In this document: in pieces, positions 23,731-32,000 of the stretch | Layout of the letters: every line of letters begins with the position of its first letter | Numbering within the stretch: the first letter of the stretch is position 1 | DNA from: Candidatus Methylomirabilis oxygeniifera | GTDB lineage: Bacteria > Methylomirabilota > Methylomirabilia > Methylomirabilales > Methylomirabilaceae | Assembly (NCBI GenBank): GCA_000091165.1 | Contig: FP565575.1 | Coordinates: 390,001 to 422,000 of the forward strand | Direction: 5' to 3' | Length of the DNA stretch: 32,000 nucleotides | Translations under genes and position numbers: made by a program | The notes under the pieces: model-generated | Told to the model about the DNA's origin: nothing | Databases searched by the model: none | Seen by the model: the letters and a program-made list of their open reading frames with translations, nothing else

Positions 23731-25074
23731 ATGGCCTCACGCAGCCGGCGGCTTCAGCAGGACGATAAACGCTACGTTTGGCACCCGTTCACCCAGATGC
23801 AGGACTGGCTGCAGGAGCGCCACCCGATCATCGAACGGGGCGAGGGGAGTACCCTCATTGACGTGGATGGGCGTTCCTACCTGGACGGCGTCTCCTCTCT
23901 GTGGGTGACGGTCCATGGCCACCGCAACGCAGTCATCGATCAAGCCATCCGTACCCAACTCGGAAAGATCGCGCATACGACCTTCCTGGGGCTTTCGCAC
24001 CCGCTCGCCATTGACCTGGCCAGGGCGCTCGTCCGGATCGCCCCGAAAGGGCTCACCAAGGTGTTTTACTCCGACAACGGCTCGACTGCCGTCGAGATCG
24101 CGCTCAAGATGGCGTTTCAGTACTGGCAGCAGCGAGGCGGAGCGTTTCGCCGTAAGAGGCGGTTCATCGCCCTGGAAGAAGCGTATCACGGCGACACCCT
24201 GGGCGCGGTGAGCGTAGGCGGGATCGATCTGTTCCATCAGCTTTATCGGCCGCTCCTGTTCCCGATTCGGCGGATTCCGTCGCCGTATCGGGCGCCATGG
24301 GACCGCCGCCGTCGGCCCGACCCGCTTGTGCGACTGGGGTCGATGCTGGCGCGGCATCACGATCAGACGGCGGGTCTGGTGATGGAGCCGCTGATGCAGG
24401 GCGCGGCCGGCATGCTGCCGTCGCCGCCGGGCTTCCTCAAGGCCGTGCGATCGCTCTGCTCACAGTACAATGTGCTGCTGATCCTGGATGAGGTCGCCAC
24501 CGGCTTCGGCCGGACCGGGACGATGTTTGCCTGCGAACAGGAAGGGGTGGCGCCGGACCTGCTCTGTCTGGCGAAAGGGCTGACCGGAGGGTACCTGCCG
24601 CTGGCGGCCACGCTTGCGACACAGCAGATCTTTGACGGCTTTTACGCCCCGTATGGGGAGAAGAAGAGCTTCTTTCACGGTCATAGCTACACCGCGAACC
24701 CGCTGGCGTGCGCTGCCGCCCTCGCGAACCTGCAGTGCTTTCGGCGGGAGCGGACGCTCGAGCGGTTGCAGCCCAGGATCGCCTTCCTGCGTCGGGAACT
24801 GGAATCGCTGCGATTGCTGCCGCACGTGGGCGACATCCGACAGGTGGGGTTCATGGTGGGGATAGAGTTGATGCAGGATCCGGCACGGGGTGAACCGTAC
24901 CCGTACGAGGCTAAGATCGGGATTCGGACGATCCTCGACGCGAGGCGTCGAGGGCTCATCATCCGGCCGTTGGGCAACGTCATTGTCCTGATGCCGCCCC
25001 TGTCGATCTCCCGCACCGACCTGCGCAGGATGGTTCGCATTGTCGGTGACTCCATCAGGGCGGCAACGGAGTAA
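23731..25074 (+). CDS. bioA: Adenosylmethionine-8-amino-7-oxononanoate aminotransferase
   Basis: YVWHPFTQM, AYHGDT, ILDEVATGFGRTG and LAKGLTGGYLP. The ATG at 23731 lies 9 nt after the bioB stop. The track start at 23644 overlaps bioB. Confidence 0.92.
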   Translation: MASRSRRLQQDDKRYVWHPFTQMQDWLQERHPIIERGEGSTLIDVDGRSYLDGVSSLWVTVHGHRNAVIDQAIRTQLGKIAHTTFLGLSHPLAIDLARALVRIAPKGLTKVFYSDNGSTAVEIALKMAFQYWQQRGGAFRRKRRFIALEEAYHGDTLGAVSVGGIDLFHQLYRPLLFPIRRIPSPYRAPWDRRRRPDPLVRLGSMLARHHDQTAGLVMEPLMQGAAGMLPSPPGFLKAVRSLCSQYNVLLILDEVATGFGRTGTMFACEQEGVAPDLLCLAKGLTGGYLPLAATLATQQIFDGFYAPYGEKKSFFHGHSYTANPLACAAALANLQCFRRERTLERLQPRIAFLRRELESLRLLPHVGDIRQVGFMVGIELMQDPARGEPYPYEAKIGIRTILDARRRGLIIRPLGNVIVLMPPLSISRTDLRRMVRIVGDSIRAATE

Positions 25075-25107
25075 CCTCCATGCGCTTGCTGCCGTACCAC
25101 GGAATAC

Positions 25108-25155
25108 AAAACCCCCTTGTATCCCCCTTTGCGAAAGGGGGGTTAGGGGGGTTTT
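25108..25155. repeat. REP-like nested hairpin AAAACCCCC..CCCCCTTT-GCG-AAAGGGGG..GGGGGTTTT between bioA and bioD
   Basis: Inner 8-bp stem 25123-25130 / 25134-25141. Outer 9-bp stem 25108-25116 / 25147-25155. Ends in TTTT. Related to the element at 22221-22259. Confidence 0.5.
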
Positions 25156-25178
25156 CGAGGCTGAAGGCTCAGTGCTGA

Positions 25179-25916
25179 ATGCTACTTTCTGAAGAATCCA
25201 TCGGTCTATTCGTCACCGGGACCGATACCGGCGTCGGGAAGACGCTGATTACGGCCGGGCTCGCGTATGCCCTGCAGACTCATGGGATCGATGTCGGGGT
25301 GATGAAGCCGGTCGAGACCGGTTGCCCCATCCGGGGTGGCCGGGTGCGACCGCCGGATGCCTTCGCGCTGCGTGAGGCGGCAGGATCGCGGGACGCCCTG
25401 GACCTGGTCAACCCCTATCGCTTCCGTGAGCCCGTGGCCCCGATGGTTGCGGCCGAGCGGTCGGGACGACGCATCGATGTCGAGCAGTTGCTGGAGCGAT
25501 TCGGTCGTCTCGCCGATCGACATACCATGATGTTGGTCGAGGGTGCCGGCGGCCTCTTGGTTCCCATCACCGAACAGGTATCGTTCCTCGATCTTGCGGC
25601 CCGGCTGCGCCTTCCCCTCCTCGTCGTTATCGGGTCCAGGCTCGGCGCGCTGAACCATGCCAGGCTCACGGTCGAGGCCGCCCTTGCCGCCCGTGTCCCG
25701 GTGGCCGCGGCCGTCGTGAATCGCACGACCGCCGAACGATCGCCGGCCCGGATCACCAACCTTGCGGCCCTCCGCCGCCTCCTGCCGGTCCCGATCCTTG
25801 GCGAGATCCCGCGCCTGTCCGATCTCAGGGGACACGCGCTCTGGCGCAGTCCTATCCTGCAGCGCATTCTCACGTCATATCTCAAAGATCTCTTTCCGGA
25901 ACTGATGAGGAGGTGA
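25179..25916 (+). CDS. bioD: Dethiobiotin synthetase
   Basis: P-loop GTDTGVGKT, with EGAGG and the general BioD layout. Confidence 0.9.
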   Translation: MLLSEESIGLFVTGTDTGVGKTLITAGLAYALQTHGIDVGVMKPVETGCPIRGGRVRPPDAFALREAAGSRDALDLVNPYRFREPVAPMVAAERSGRRIDVEQLLERFGRLADRHTMMLVEGAGGLLVPITEQVSFLDLAARLRLPLLVVIGSRLGALNHARLTVEAALAARVPVAAAVVNRTTAERSPARITNLAALRRLLPVPILGEIPRLSDLRGHALWRSPILQRILTSYLKDLFPELMRR

Positions 25917-25920
25917 ACCA

Positions 25921-26580
25921 GTGTTCATCGTACGCCGATCCGCACTGCTTACGCTGCCGCTGCTATCTCTCTTGTTCCTGACCTCGTGTACGCTCTTTGG
26001 TCAAGGGCCGCGCATCTGGGAGGATCCGTCCGGCGAGAAGGGGCTGGCGTCGTGGTATGGTCATCCGTACCATGGTCGCCGTACCAGTAATGGCGAGGTC
26101 TACGATATGTATCAATTGACGGCGGCCCACCGCGAGATCCCGCTCGGAAGCTGGGTGGAGGTGATTAATCTCACCAACGGTCGTTCTCTCACGGTCCGGG
26201 TCAACGATCGCGGGCCGTTTGTGGACGGCCGAATTATCGATCTGTCGTATGCCTCGGCCCAGTTGCTCGGGGTGGTGGGACCTGGCGTGGCGCCGGTGAG
26301 GGTTCGACTGATTCAAGCGCCGCCGCAGGCTCCAGGTCCGGCTCGCTATTCGGTGCAGGTCGCCTCATTTGTCACAGAGTCGAACGCCCTTGCGCTGAAG
26401 GCCGAGCTGGAGCAGAAGGTCTCAGATGTTCGCATGGTGAAGGCCCTGATCGGCGGAGAGGTCTACTATCGGATCCAGGTCGGACAGCTCGGCTCTCGCG
26501 CTGAGGCCAGGGCGGCCGCGGAACGGCTGGCGTCGCTGGGCTATCGCGTCCTGATCACGGATTTTGACGAGCGGCCCTGA
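25921..26580 (+). CDS. rlpA: Septal-ring lytic transglycosylase RlpA-family lipoprotein (DPBB domain plus C-terminal SPOR domain)
   Basis: Lipobox LTSC. Contains ASWYG..YHGRRTSNGE.YD, VRVNDRGPF and IIDLS. The SPOR-like tail reads YSVQVASF...YRIQVG. GTG start with GAGGAGG upstream, 4 nt after the bioD stop. Confidence 0.85.
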   Translation: MFIVRRSALLTLPLLSLLFLTSCTLFGQGPRIWEDPSGEKGLASWYGHPYHGRRTSNGEVYDMYQLTAAHREIPLGSWVEVINLTNGRSLTVRVNDRGPFVDGRIIDLSYASAQLLGVVGPGVAPVRVRLIQAPPQAPGPARYSVQVASFVTESNALALKAELEQKVSDVRMVKALIGGEVYYRIQVGQLGSRAEARAAAERLASLGYRVLITDFDERP

Positions 26581-26786
26581 GCAGTTCTGCCGTCATGTGT
26601 GTCGGTATACCAGTTTCCGCTCTTGCACCGTTCCCCTCTGATCAATTCATGGTCGATCGGTATGCCGAACCGATGTAGCGTATCGAAAAATTCCTTGTCT
26701 TATCGTAAATATAGGAGATAATATCTGTTGTATGGTAGCGTATAAAGTGAAATAGAATTCAGCCTGCTCTAACGGACGGAATACAG

Positions 26787-29732
26787 GTGAATCGCCAGGC
26801 TACGCGTCAGGAGGTATCGCTGTTGCGAGATCCGTCGCGGTGGATCGGCCTTCGCACCCGCCTGTTGCTGCTCATCCTCTTAGCGATCGGGCCGGCATTG
26901 GGCCTTGCGCTCTACACGGGCCTGCAACATCGCCGGATGGCCGCCGTTCAGGCTCAACAAGAGGCGCTGCGGCTGGCGCGGATCGCCGTCGGCGACCACG
27001 AACGACTGATACAGGGGGCGCAGCAACTTCTCATCGCGCTGTCGTCGCTGCCCGTAGTCCGCGCGTATGATGCTCGCGCGTGTCACGCGTACTTTGCCGC
27101 TCTCCTGAAACAGTATCCTCGGTATGCCAACCTGGGTGTGGTGACGGCCGACGGCGATGTTGTGTGCAGCGCGCTGCCACTGTCGGGCCCCATTAATCTC
27201 GCCGATCGGGCGTATGTTCGGCGCGCCGTGGAGACCCGCGCCTTCGCCGTCGGCGACTACCAGATCGGCCATATCACCGGTAAAGCTACGATCAATTTCG
27301 GCTATCCCATCCCTGACGACGTCGGACCTATCCGGGCGGTGGTCTTCGCCGCGTTGGATTTGGCCTGGTTGAACCGGCCGGCTGCCGACGCTCGGTTGCC
27401 GGCGGGTTCGGTGCTGAACGTGATCGACCGCAACGGCACAATCGTAGTCCGTTATCCGGACCCGGAACGGTGGATCGGGCGGCTCGCGGTGGACACGCCC
27501 ATCGCCAGGACCGTTCTTGCCGTCGGTGAGGGCGCGACTGAGACGTCCGGTGTGGACGGTATTGTACGTCTCTACGGGTTCGCCCCCCTGCGCGGCGCGC
27601 TGCACGGGCCGGAACTGTACGTGCAGATCGGCATTCCAACGTCGACAGCCTATGCTGAAGCCGATCGGCTGCTGGCGCGTAACCTCATCGGGCTCGGGCT
27701 TGCGGGCGTACTGGCGCTTGCGGCGGCGTGGATGTTCGGCGACCGATTCATCCTGCGCGGGGTAAGGGCCCTGGTATATGGGACCGAGCGACTGAAGGCG
27801 GGCGACCTGACCGGCCGGATCGAGGTGACCGGACGCGACGAACTCGGCACCCTGGCGGTCAGGTTTAACGAGATGGCGGACGGTCTGCAAGAGGCTCATG
27901 ACCGGCTTGCGGCGGACGTCAGGGAATTGGGGTATCGCGCGCAGGAACTCGGCCTTCTTCGGGAGATTGACCTGATGATGTTAGCCGAGACGCCTCTGCG
28001 GGACCTGCTTTCGAAGGCTGTTGAGGCGTTCGCTCGGCTGGCAGACGCGCAGACGTGCGTTTTGGTCACTGCCGACCCGAAGAGCGGAGAGCTGACGCCG
28101 GTTGCGAATTGGGGGCCGGACCTGGAGGCGATCCGGCAATACTTCGCAACCTTTCGGCCGCGAGCCGGAGAGGAAGGCGGTTCTCTTGGGAGAGCGATCG
28201 CCACGCGGAAGGCCGTCACGACCCCGGACGTGGCCTCCGATCCTTCGATGGAGCGGTATCGCGATGCCGCGTTGGCCCTTGGTATCCGCGCGATTCTCGT
28301 GGTGCCGTTGGTCGCAGATCAGCACGTGTTGGGGGCCGCAGGGATCGGCTACCCGACAGTCCGGCGCTTCTCAGAGACGGAGGTCCGGTCGATGGAGGGC
28401 TTTGCGAGCCAGCTTGCCGTGGCGTTGGAACAGACCCGCCTTCGGGAGGAAGCGAAGGATCGCCGAGGCCTGGAGGAGGCGCTCTATGCGAGCCGGCAGT
28501 TGTTCCAGGCGGTCGTGCAGTCGACCCCAGACGCAGTTATTGTCGCCGACGGCAGTACTCGCATCGTGGCGTGCAACGCAGGTGCCCAGCGCCTCTTCGG
28601 CTATACTGAAGGAGAGTTGCAGGGTATGCCGGTCATGGCTCTGGTGCCCGAACGATACCGGGAGACGCACCGACAGGGACTGGACCGGTTCGAAGTAACG
28701 GGCGAGGCCCGTGTGATCGGCAGAACGATCGAGGTTGACGCGCTGCGGAAGGACGGCAGCGACGTACCGGTGGAGTTGTCTCTTGCCGGTTGGAAGACAG
28801 GAGACCGGGTGTTCTACAGCGCTATCCTACACGATATCACTGAGCGCAAACAGTATACGACACACCTGGAACAGACGGTTCAGGAGAAAACGCGGACGCT
28901 GCGAGCGGCTAATCAACAGCTCGAAGCCGCGTCCCGACACAAGTCGGAGTTTCTGGCTAACATGTCGCATGAATTCCGGACGCCGCTCAACTCGATCATC
29001 GGCTTTTCCGACATCCTCAGAGACCCGGCCTTCGGCCCTTTGACCGAGAAGCAGGCCCGATTTGCGCAGAATATTCAGGTGAGCGGGCAGCACCTGTTGT
29101 CGCTGATCAATGACCTGCTGGACCTGTCAAAGGTGGAGGCCGGTAAGATCGACTTGCATCCCGAGCCCTTCGAGTGCCGAGAGGCCATACGCGCCGCCTT
29201 GGCGGAAGTCCAGCCCCAGGCCGACCTCAAACAGCTTGAGTTGACGCCGCAGACGGATGAGGCACCGTCCACGATCATCGCCGATCCCGTCCGCTTCAAG
29301 CAGATCCTGTTGAACCTCCTCTCCAACGCCGTCAAGTTTACGCCGGAAGGCGGACGAATCACCGTGACCGTGCGACGCGCCGCGCGACAGGAAGAAGGCG
29401 ACACGAGTCAGGGGGCGGCAGGCCAGGGCCTGGAGATCCTACACTCCACACCCCACACCCCACACCCTTGCGATGTCCTGGAAATCGCCGTTGCCGATAC
29501 CGGAATCGGAATTAAGCCGGACGACCTACCAAGGCTGTTCCAGGAGTTCACCCGCCTTGATGCGGCGATCGCCAAGCGGACGAAGGGTACCGGGCTCGGC
29601 CTCGCCCTGACGAAGCGACTCGTCGAGCTGCACGGGGGAGAGATCGCTGCTGTCTCGGACGGCGAAGGACGGGGCAGCACCTTCACGGTTCGGCTTCCCA
29701 TTACCCCTACCAACCATCACCCTCTCCAATAG
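26787..29732 (+). CDS. Multidomain sensor histidine kinase (periplasmic Cache-like domain, TM, HAMP, GAF, PAS, HisKA, HATPase_c)
   Basis: HAMP: ERLKAGDLTGRIEV..DELGTLAVRFNEMA. PAS: PDAVIVAD...FGYTEGEL. H-box: SEFLANMSHEFRTPLN. N-box: LLNLLSNAVKFT. G1: DTGIGI. G2: GTGLGLAL. Confidence 0.9.
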   Translation: MNRQATRQEVSLLRDPSRWIGLRTRLLLLILLAIGPALGLALYTGLQHRRMAAVQAQQEALRLARIAVGDHERLIQGAQQLLIALSSLPVVRAYDARACHAYFAALLKQYPRYANLGVVTADGDVVCSALPLSGPINLADRAYVRRAVETRAFAVGDYQIGHITGKATINFGYPIPDDVGPIRAVVFAALDLAWLNRPAADARLPAGSVLNVIDRNGTIVVRYPDPERWIGRLAVDTPIARTVLAVGEGATETSGVDGIVRLYGFAPLRGALHGPELYVQIGIPTSTAYAEADRLLARNLIGLGLAGVLALAAAWMFGDRFILRGVRALVYGTERLKAGDLTGRIEVTGRDELGTLAVRFNEMADGLQEAHDRLAADVRELGYRAQELGLLREIDLMMLAETPLRDLLSKAVEAFARLADAQTCVLVTADPKSGELTPVANWGPDLEAIRQYFATFRPRAGEEGGSLGRAIATRKAVTTPDVASDPSMERYRDAALALGIRAILVVPLVADQHVLGAAGIGYPTVRRFSETEVRSMEGFASQLAVALEQTRLREEAKDRRGLEEALYASRQLFQAVVQSTPDAVIVADGSTRIVACNAGAQRLFGYTEGELQGMPVMALVPERYRETHRQGLDRFEVTGEARVIGRTIEVDALRKDGSDVPVELSLAGWKTGDRVFYSAILHDITERKQYTTHLEQTVQEKTRTLRAANQQLEAASRHKSEFLANMSHEFRTPLNSIIGFSDILRDPAFGPLTEKQARFAQNIQVSGQHLLSLINDLLDLSKVEAGKIDLHPEPFECREAIRAALAEVQPQADLKQLELTPQTDEAPSTIIADPVRFKQILLNLLSNAVKFTPEGGRITVTVRRAARQEEGDTSQGAAGQGLEILHSTPHTPHPCDVLEIAVADTGIGIKPDDLPRLFQEFTRLDAAIAKRTKGTGLGLALTKRLVELHGGEIAAVSDGEGRGSTFTVRLPITPTNHHPLQ
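29438..29465 (+). repeat. Heptanucleotide array CCTACAC TCCACAC CCCACAC CCCACAC inside the kinase ATPase domain
   Basis: Read directly from the sequence. Encodes HSTPHTPHP. Flanked by CCTGGAGATC (29429-29438) and CCTGGAAATC (29476-29485). Confidence 0.7.
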
Positions 29733-29812
29733 ACGTTCACGCCGACGGTTCCAGGACGGTACAGTATATACAACACGTGTGCTCGGAGAAGACGACGCGC
29801 AGGGGTTGGCGC

Positions 29813-29841
29813 TTGATCTTTTGCCGGCCGTCAGGTATGAT
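29813..29841 (+). promoter_or_regulatory. Promoter candidate for the HD-GYP regulator gene (TTGATC-17 nt-TATGAT)
   Basis: Hexamers and spacing read from the sequence, about 50 nt upstream of the ATG at 29893. Confidence 0.45.
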
Positions 29842-29892
29842 CCTTATAAAGTAGAGAATAGCACTGAACACTTGTAAGAGTGAGATGTAGCC

Positions 29893-30882
29893 ATGCGAAC
29901 CCGCGAGATCTCTTCAAAGCTGCCACGGCTGCTTGTTGTCGACGACAACGCGCAGAACATTGAACTGCTGACGGCCCTGATGGAGGCCGAAGGATATGAG
30001 GTGATCTCGGCCGCTGACGGTCTGGAGGCTCTGACTCATGTGGCTGCCGCCCCTCCGGACCTGATTCTGCTGGATATCATGATGCCGAAGCTGGATGGCT
30101 ATGCAGTCTGCCGACGTCTCAAAGAGGAGGCGGCCACCCGCCTGGTGCCTATCGTGCTGCTTACGGCTCTTGGGGCGGAAGAAGCCCGGATTCGAGGAAT
30201 CGAGGCGGGGGCCGACGACTTTATTACGAAGCCGTTCAGCCGGACAGAGCTGAAGGCCCGCATCCGCTCGCTGCTCCGGCTCAAGAGCTTTACCGACGAG
30301 TTGGAGCACGCCGAAACCATGCTGCTTGCGCTGGGCCGAACCGTCGAGGCGAGGGACCCGTACACCCAGGGCCACTGCGAGCAGTTGGCGGCCTACTCGG
30401 TCGCCCTTGGGCGGAAGCTAGGCCTGCCACTGGAGGAGTTGACGGCCCTGGATAGAGGCGGATTCTTGCACGACCTTGGTAAAATCGGGATTCCGGATGC
30501 GATTCTCTTGAAACCAGGCGGCCTCAGCGAGGCAGAGTGGGTGATCATGCGCGAGCACCCGGTGATCGGCGAGCGGATCTGCCTGTCGCTGCGATCGCTC
30601 CAGCGGGTTCTGCCGATCATCCGCCATCACCACGAGCGGTGGGATGGCAGCGGCTACCCGGACGGCCTGAAGGGCGAGGCGATTCCGATCACAGCACGCA
30701 TCTTGCAAACCGTGGATATCTATGATGCAATGAGGACGGCCCGTCCATACAAGCCCGCCATGTCGCCTGAAGCTGCGTGCAATACCCTCCGGGATGAGGT
30801 GGCGCGAGGTTGGCGGGATCCGCACATTGTGTGTCCGTTCATCGAGCTGATCGAACGCGGAGAGCTGCCGGATCGGAAGTAG
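29893..30882 (+). CDS. Two-component response regulator with HD-GYP output domain (RpfG-like c-di-GMP phosphodiesterase)
   Basis: REC domain: LLVVDD...DLILLDIMMPKLDG...KP. HD-GYP domain: HDLGKIGIP...HHERWDGSGYPDGL. Confidence 0.92.
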   Translation: MRTREISSKLPRLLVVDDNAQNIELLTALMEAEGYEVISAADGLEALTHVAAAPPDLILLDIMMPKLDGYAVCRRLKEEAATRLVPIVLLTALGAEEARIRGIEAGADDFITKPFSRTELKARIRSLLRLKSFTDELEHAETMLLALGRTVEARDPYTQGHCEQLAAYSVALGRKLGLPLEELTALDRGGFLHDLGKIGIPDAILLKPGGLSEAEWVIMREHPVIGERICLSLRSLQRVLPIIRHHHERWDGSGYPDGLKGEAIPITARILQTVDIYDAMRTARPYKPAMSPEAACNTLRDEVARGWRDPHIVCPFIELIERGELPDRK

Positions 30883-30948
30883 GCGGACCCTGAGGATATA
30901 GGTGCCAGCGCTCTACGACCACAGAGACAAGCCTGGATGTAAGTACAT

Positions 30949-32000
30949 ATGTTGTCCATCAAGAACTGGAGCATCAGCACGCGGCTGCTGCTCGCCTTTC
31001 TCCTGGTCCTGGCTCCCTTTGTGGGGTTTGTCAGTATTGCCGGGCTGCATTTCGGCGCCATCATGCACTCCTATATACGGATCCAGGAGGATGCGACAGT
31101 CGATCTGAAGCGGACATCCGACGTAATGGCGGCTGCCGATGGTCTCCTGCTGGCAACTGAAGACTATCTCGCCAGTCGAGGTTCGCAGGAGCAGCAGCGG
31201 GTTATCGGATACGTGACGCATCTTCATGAGGCCTTCAGGATTCTGGGAACCACGCGATTTGAGGGCGCCGACGAGCGGCGATTGTTCGATGCAGCGAAAG
31301 ACATGGCGCCTCGCATGGAAGTGCTCGGACGGGAAATCGTAGAGCCTGCGCCCTTCCCGTACACTCGTGAGATATCCGCCAAGGTGGCCAGACTGACGAA
31401 GGTGCACGATCACGTCGATACGACGTTACATCAGCTTATGGACATCCACATACGCGAAATCGATGACGCGATGCGACACGTTTCCGATGTGGGCCGCCAG
31501 GTGATATTTGTCACGTTCGTTACATTGGCTGTCAGTGCGTTGGGGGCCGTCACCATCAGCGTTCCATTGGCGCACTGGCTGAGCCGACCCATCCGAGCCA
31601 TCGCGCAGGGGAGTCGTCGGCTGGCTGAGGGCGACCTGTCTCAACGGGTGGAGACGACCGGTGGAGGGGAGCTCGGAGAGGCGGCTCAGGCCTTTAACGA
31701 GATGGCGCAACGGCTGGAACGATCGGCCATCGAGAATACCGCGCTCTACGGCGCAGCGCGCCAGCGCGCCGAACGGATTGCGGCCGTCAATCGCCTGACC
31801 AAGATCATCAGCGCCTCCCTCGATATCGGCGCGGTCTATGAGACCTTTGCCGCGGAGTTGAAACGGTTCATCCCGTACGCGCGGATGGGGATTGTGATAG
31901 CTGAGAAGTCGGGCGTGCGATTTGCGCTCTTTCAACTTGTCGGCCACCGACTGAATGCGGTGCCGATTGGGATGGTCTGGTCGAACGTGAGAGGGACCGG
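30949..32000 (+). CDS. Membrane sensor protein, N-terminal part (TM, periplasmic region, TM, HAMP, start of GAF); continues beyond the window
   Basis: My own translation of frame 1 from the ATG at 30949 gives 350 codons with no stop: MLSIKNWSISTRLLLAFLLVLAPF...SRPIRAIAQGSRRLAEGDLSQRVETTGGGELGEAAQAFNEMAQRLE... (HAMP). It is absent from the ORF track because no stop falls inside the window. Confidence 0.8.
   Translation, partial: MLSIKNWSISTRLLLAFLLVLAPFVGFVSIAGLHFGAIMHSYIRIQEDATVDLKRTSDVMAAADGLLLATEDYLASRGSQEQQRVIGYVTHLHEAFRILGTTRFEGADERRLFDAAKDMAPRMEVLGREIVEPAPFPYTREISAKVARLTKVHDHVDTTLHQLMDIHIREIDDAMRHVSDVGRQVIFVTFVTLAVSALGAVTISVPLAHWLSRPIRAIAQGSRRLAEGDLSQRVETTGGGELGEAAQAFNEMAQRLERSAIENTALYGAARQRAERIAAVNRLTKIISASLDIGAVYETFAAELKRFIPYARMGIVIAEKSGVRFALFQLVGHRLNAVPIGMVWSNVRGT

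Noticed and set aside
30913-31947. Minus-strand ORFs 30913..31413 and 31426..31947
   Set aside because: They are antisense to an uninterrupted plus-strand frame encoding TM-HAMP-GAF motifs, so they are most likely shadow ORFs.
1-32000. Whole-window search for CRISPR arrays, transposases or integrases, toxin-antitoxin pairs, restriction-modification systems or other defence systems
   Set aside because: There are no regularly spaced direct repeats and no ORFs with motifs of these families. The window reads as core metabolic and signalling chromosome.

Overview
This is a high-GC (roughly 60%) bacterial chromosomal window, densely coded on both strands. Its core is a tetrahydromethanopterin (H4MPT)/methanofuran-linked C1 oxidation island. 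The plus strand carries fae, mtdB, an fwdD-like gene, fhcB, fhcA, fhcD(ftr), fhcC and mch, then two cofactor-biosynthesis genes (RimK-type ATP-grasp ligase, CitG-like). The minus strand carries an operon of SDR, dihydropteroate-synthase-like, DUF447 and mptG genes. This content fits a methylotroph or methanotroph, possibly NC10/Methylomirabilis-like, but the taxon cannot be proven from the window.

Other content:
- the C-terminal fragment of a surface protein
- a lytic transglycosylase
- a Pat-type protein acetyltransferase
- a translationally coupled HAD phosphatase / class-III aminotransferase / alpha-beta hydrolase triad
- tRNA-Val(CAC) with its own promoter and terminator
- bioB-bioA-bioD-rlpA
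- a sensory cluster: a Cache-HAMP-GAF-PAS histidine kinase, a REC-HD-GYP response regulator, and a HAMP-GAF protein that runs off the 3' end and is missing from the ORF track

I found no CRISPR array, transposase, integrase or recognisable defence system.

Observations most worth following up:
1. An ArsC/Spx-family gene appears to be a UxxC selenoprotein. It has an in-frame TGA, a strong SD+ATG upstream and a SECIS-like hairpin downstream. The ORF track shows only its C-terminal part.
2. The Fhc cluster keeps an FwdD-like subunit, and its B subunit keeps the Fe-S and Cys-His motifs. This looks more like an archaeal redox formylmethanofuran dehydrogenase than a pure hydrolase.
3. A family of dispersed C-rich heptanucleotide arrays (CCYNCAC)n sits in-frame inside conserved genes and at gene junctions. 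Some form canonical G-quadruplex motifs on the opposite strand.
4. Uncharacterised accessory enzymes are coupled to the cofactor-biosynthesis genes.

All functional calls rest on my recognition of motifs and families in the translated ORFs. No database search was run.
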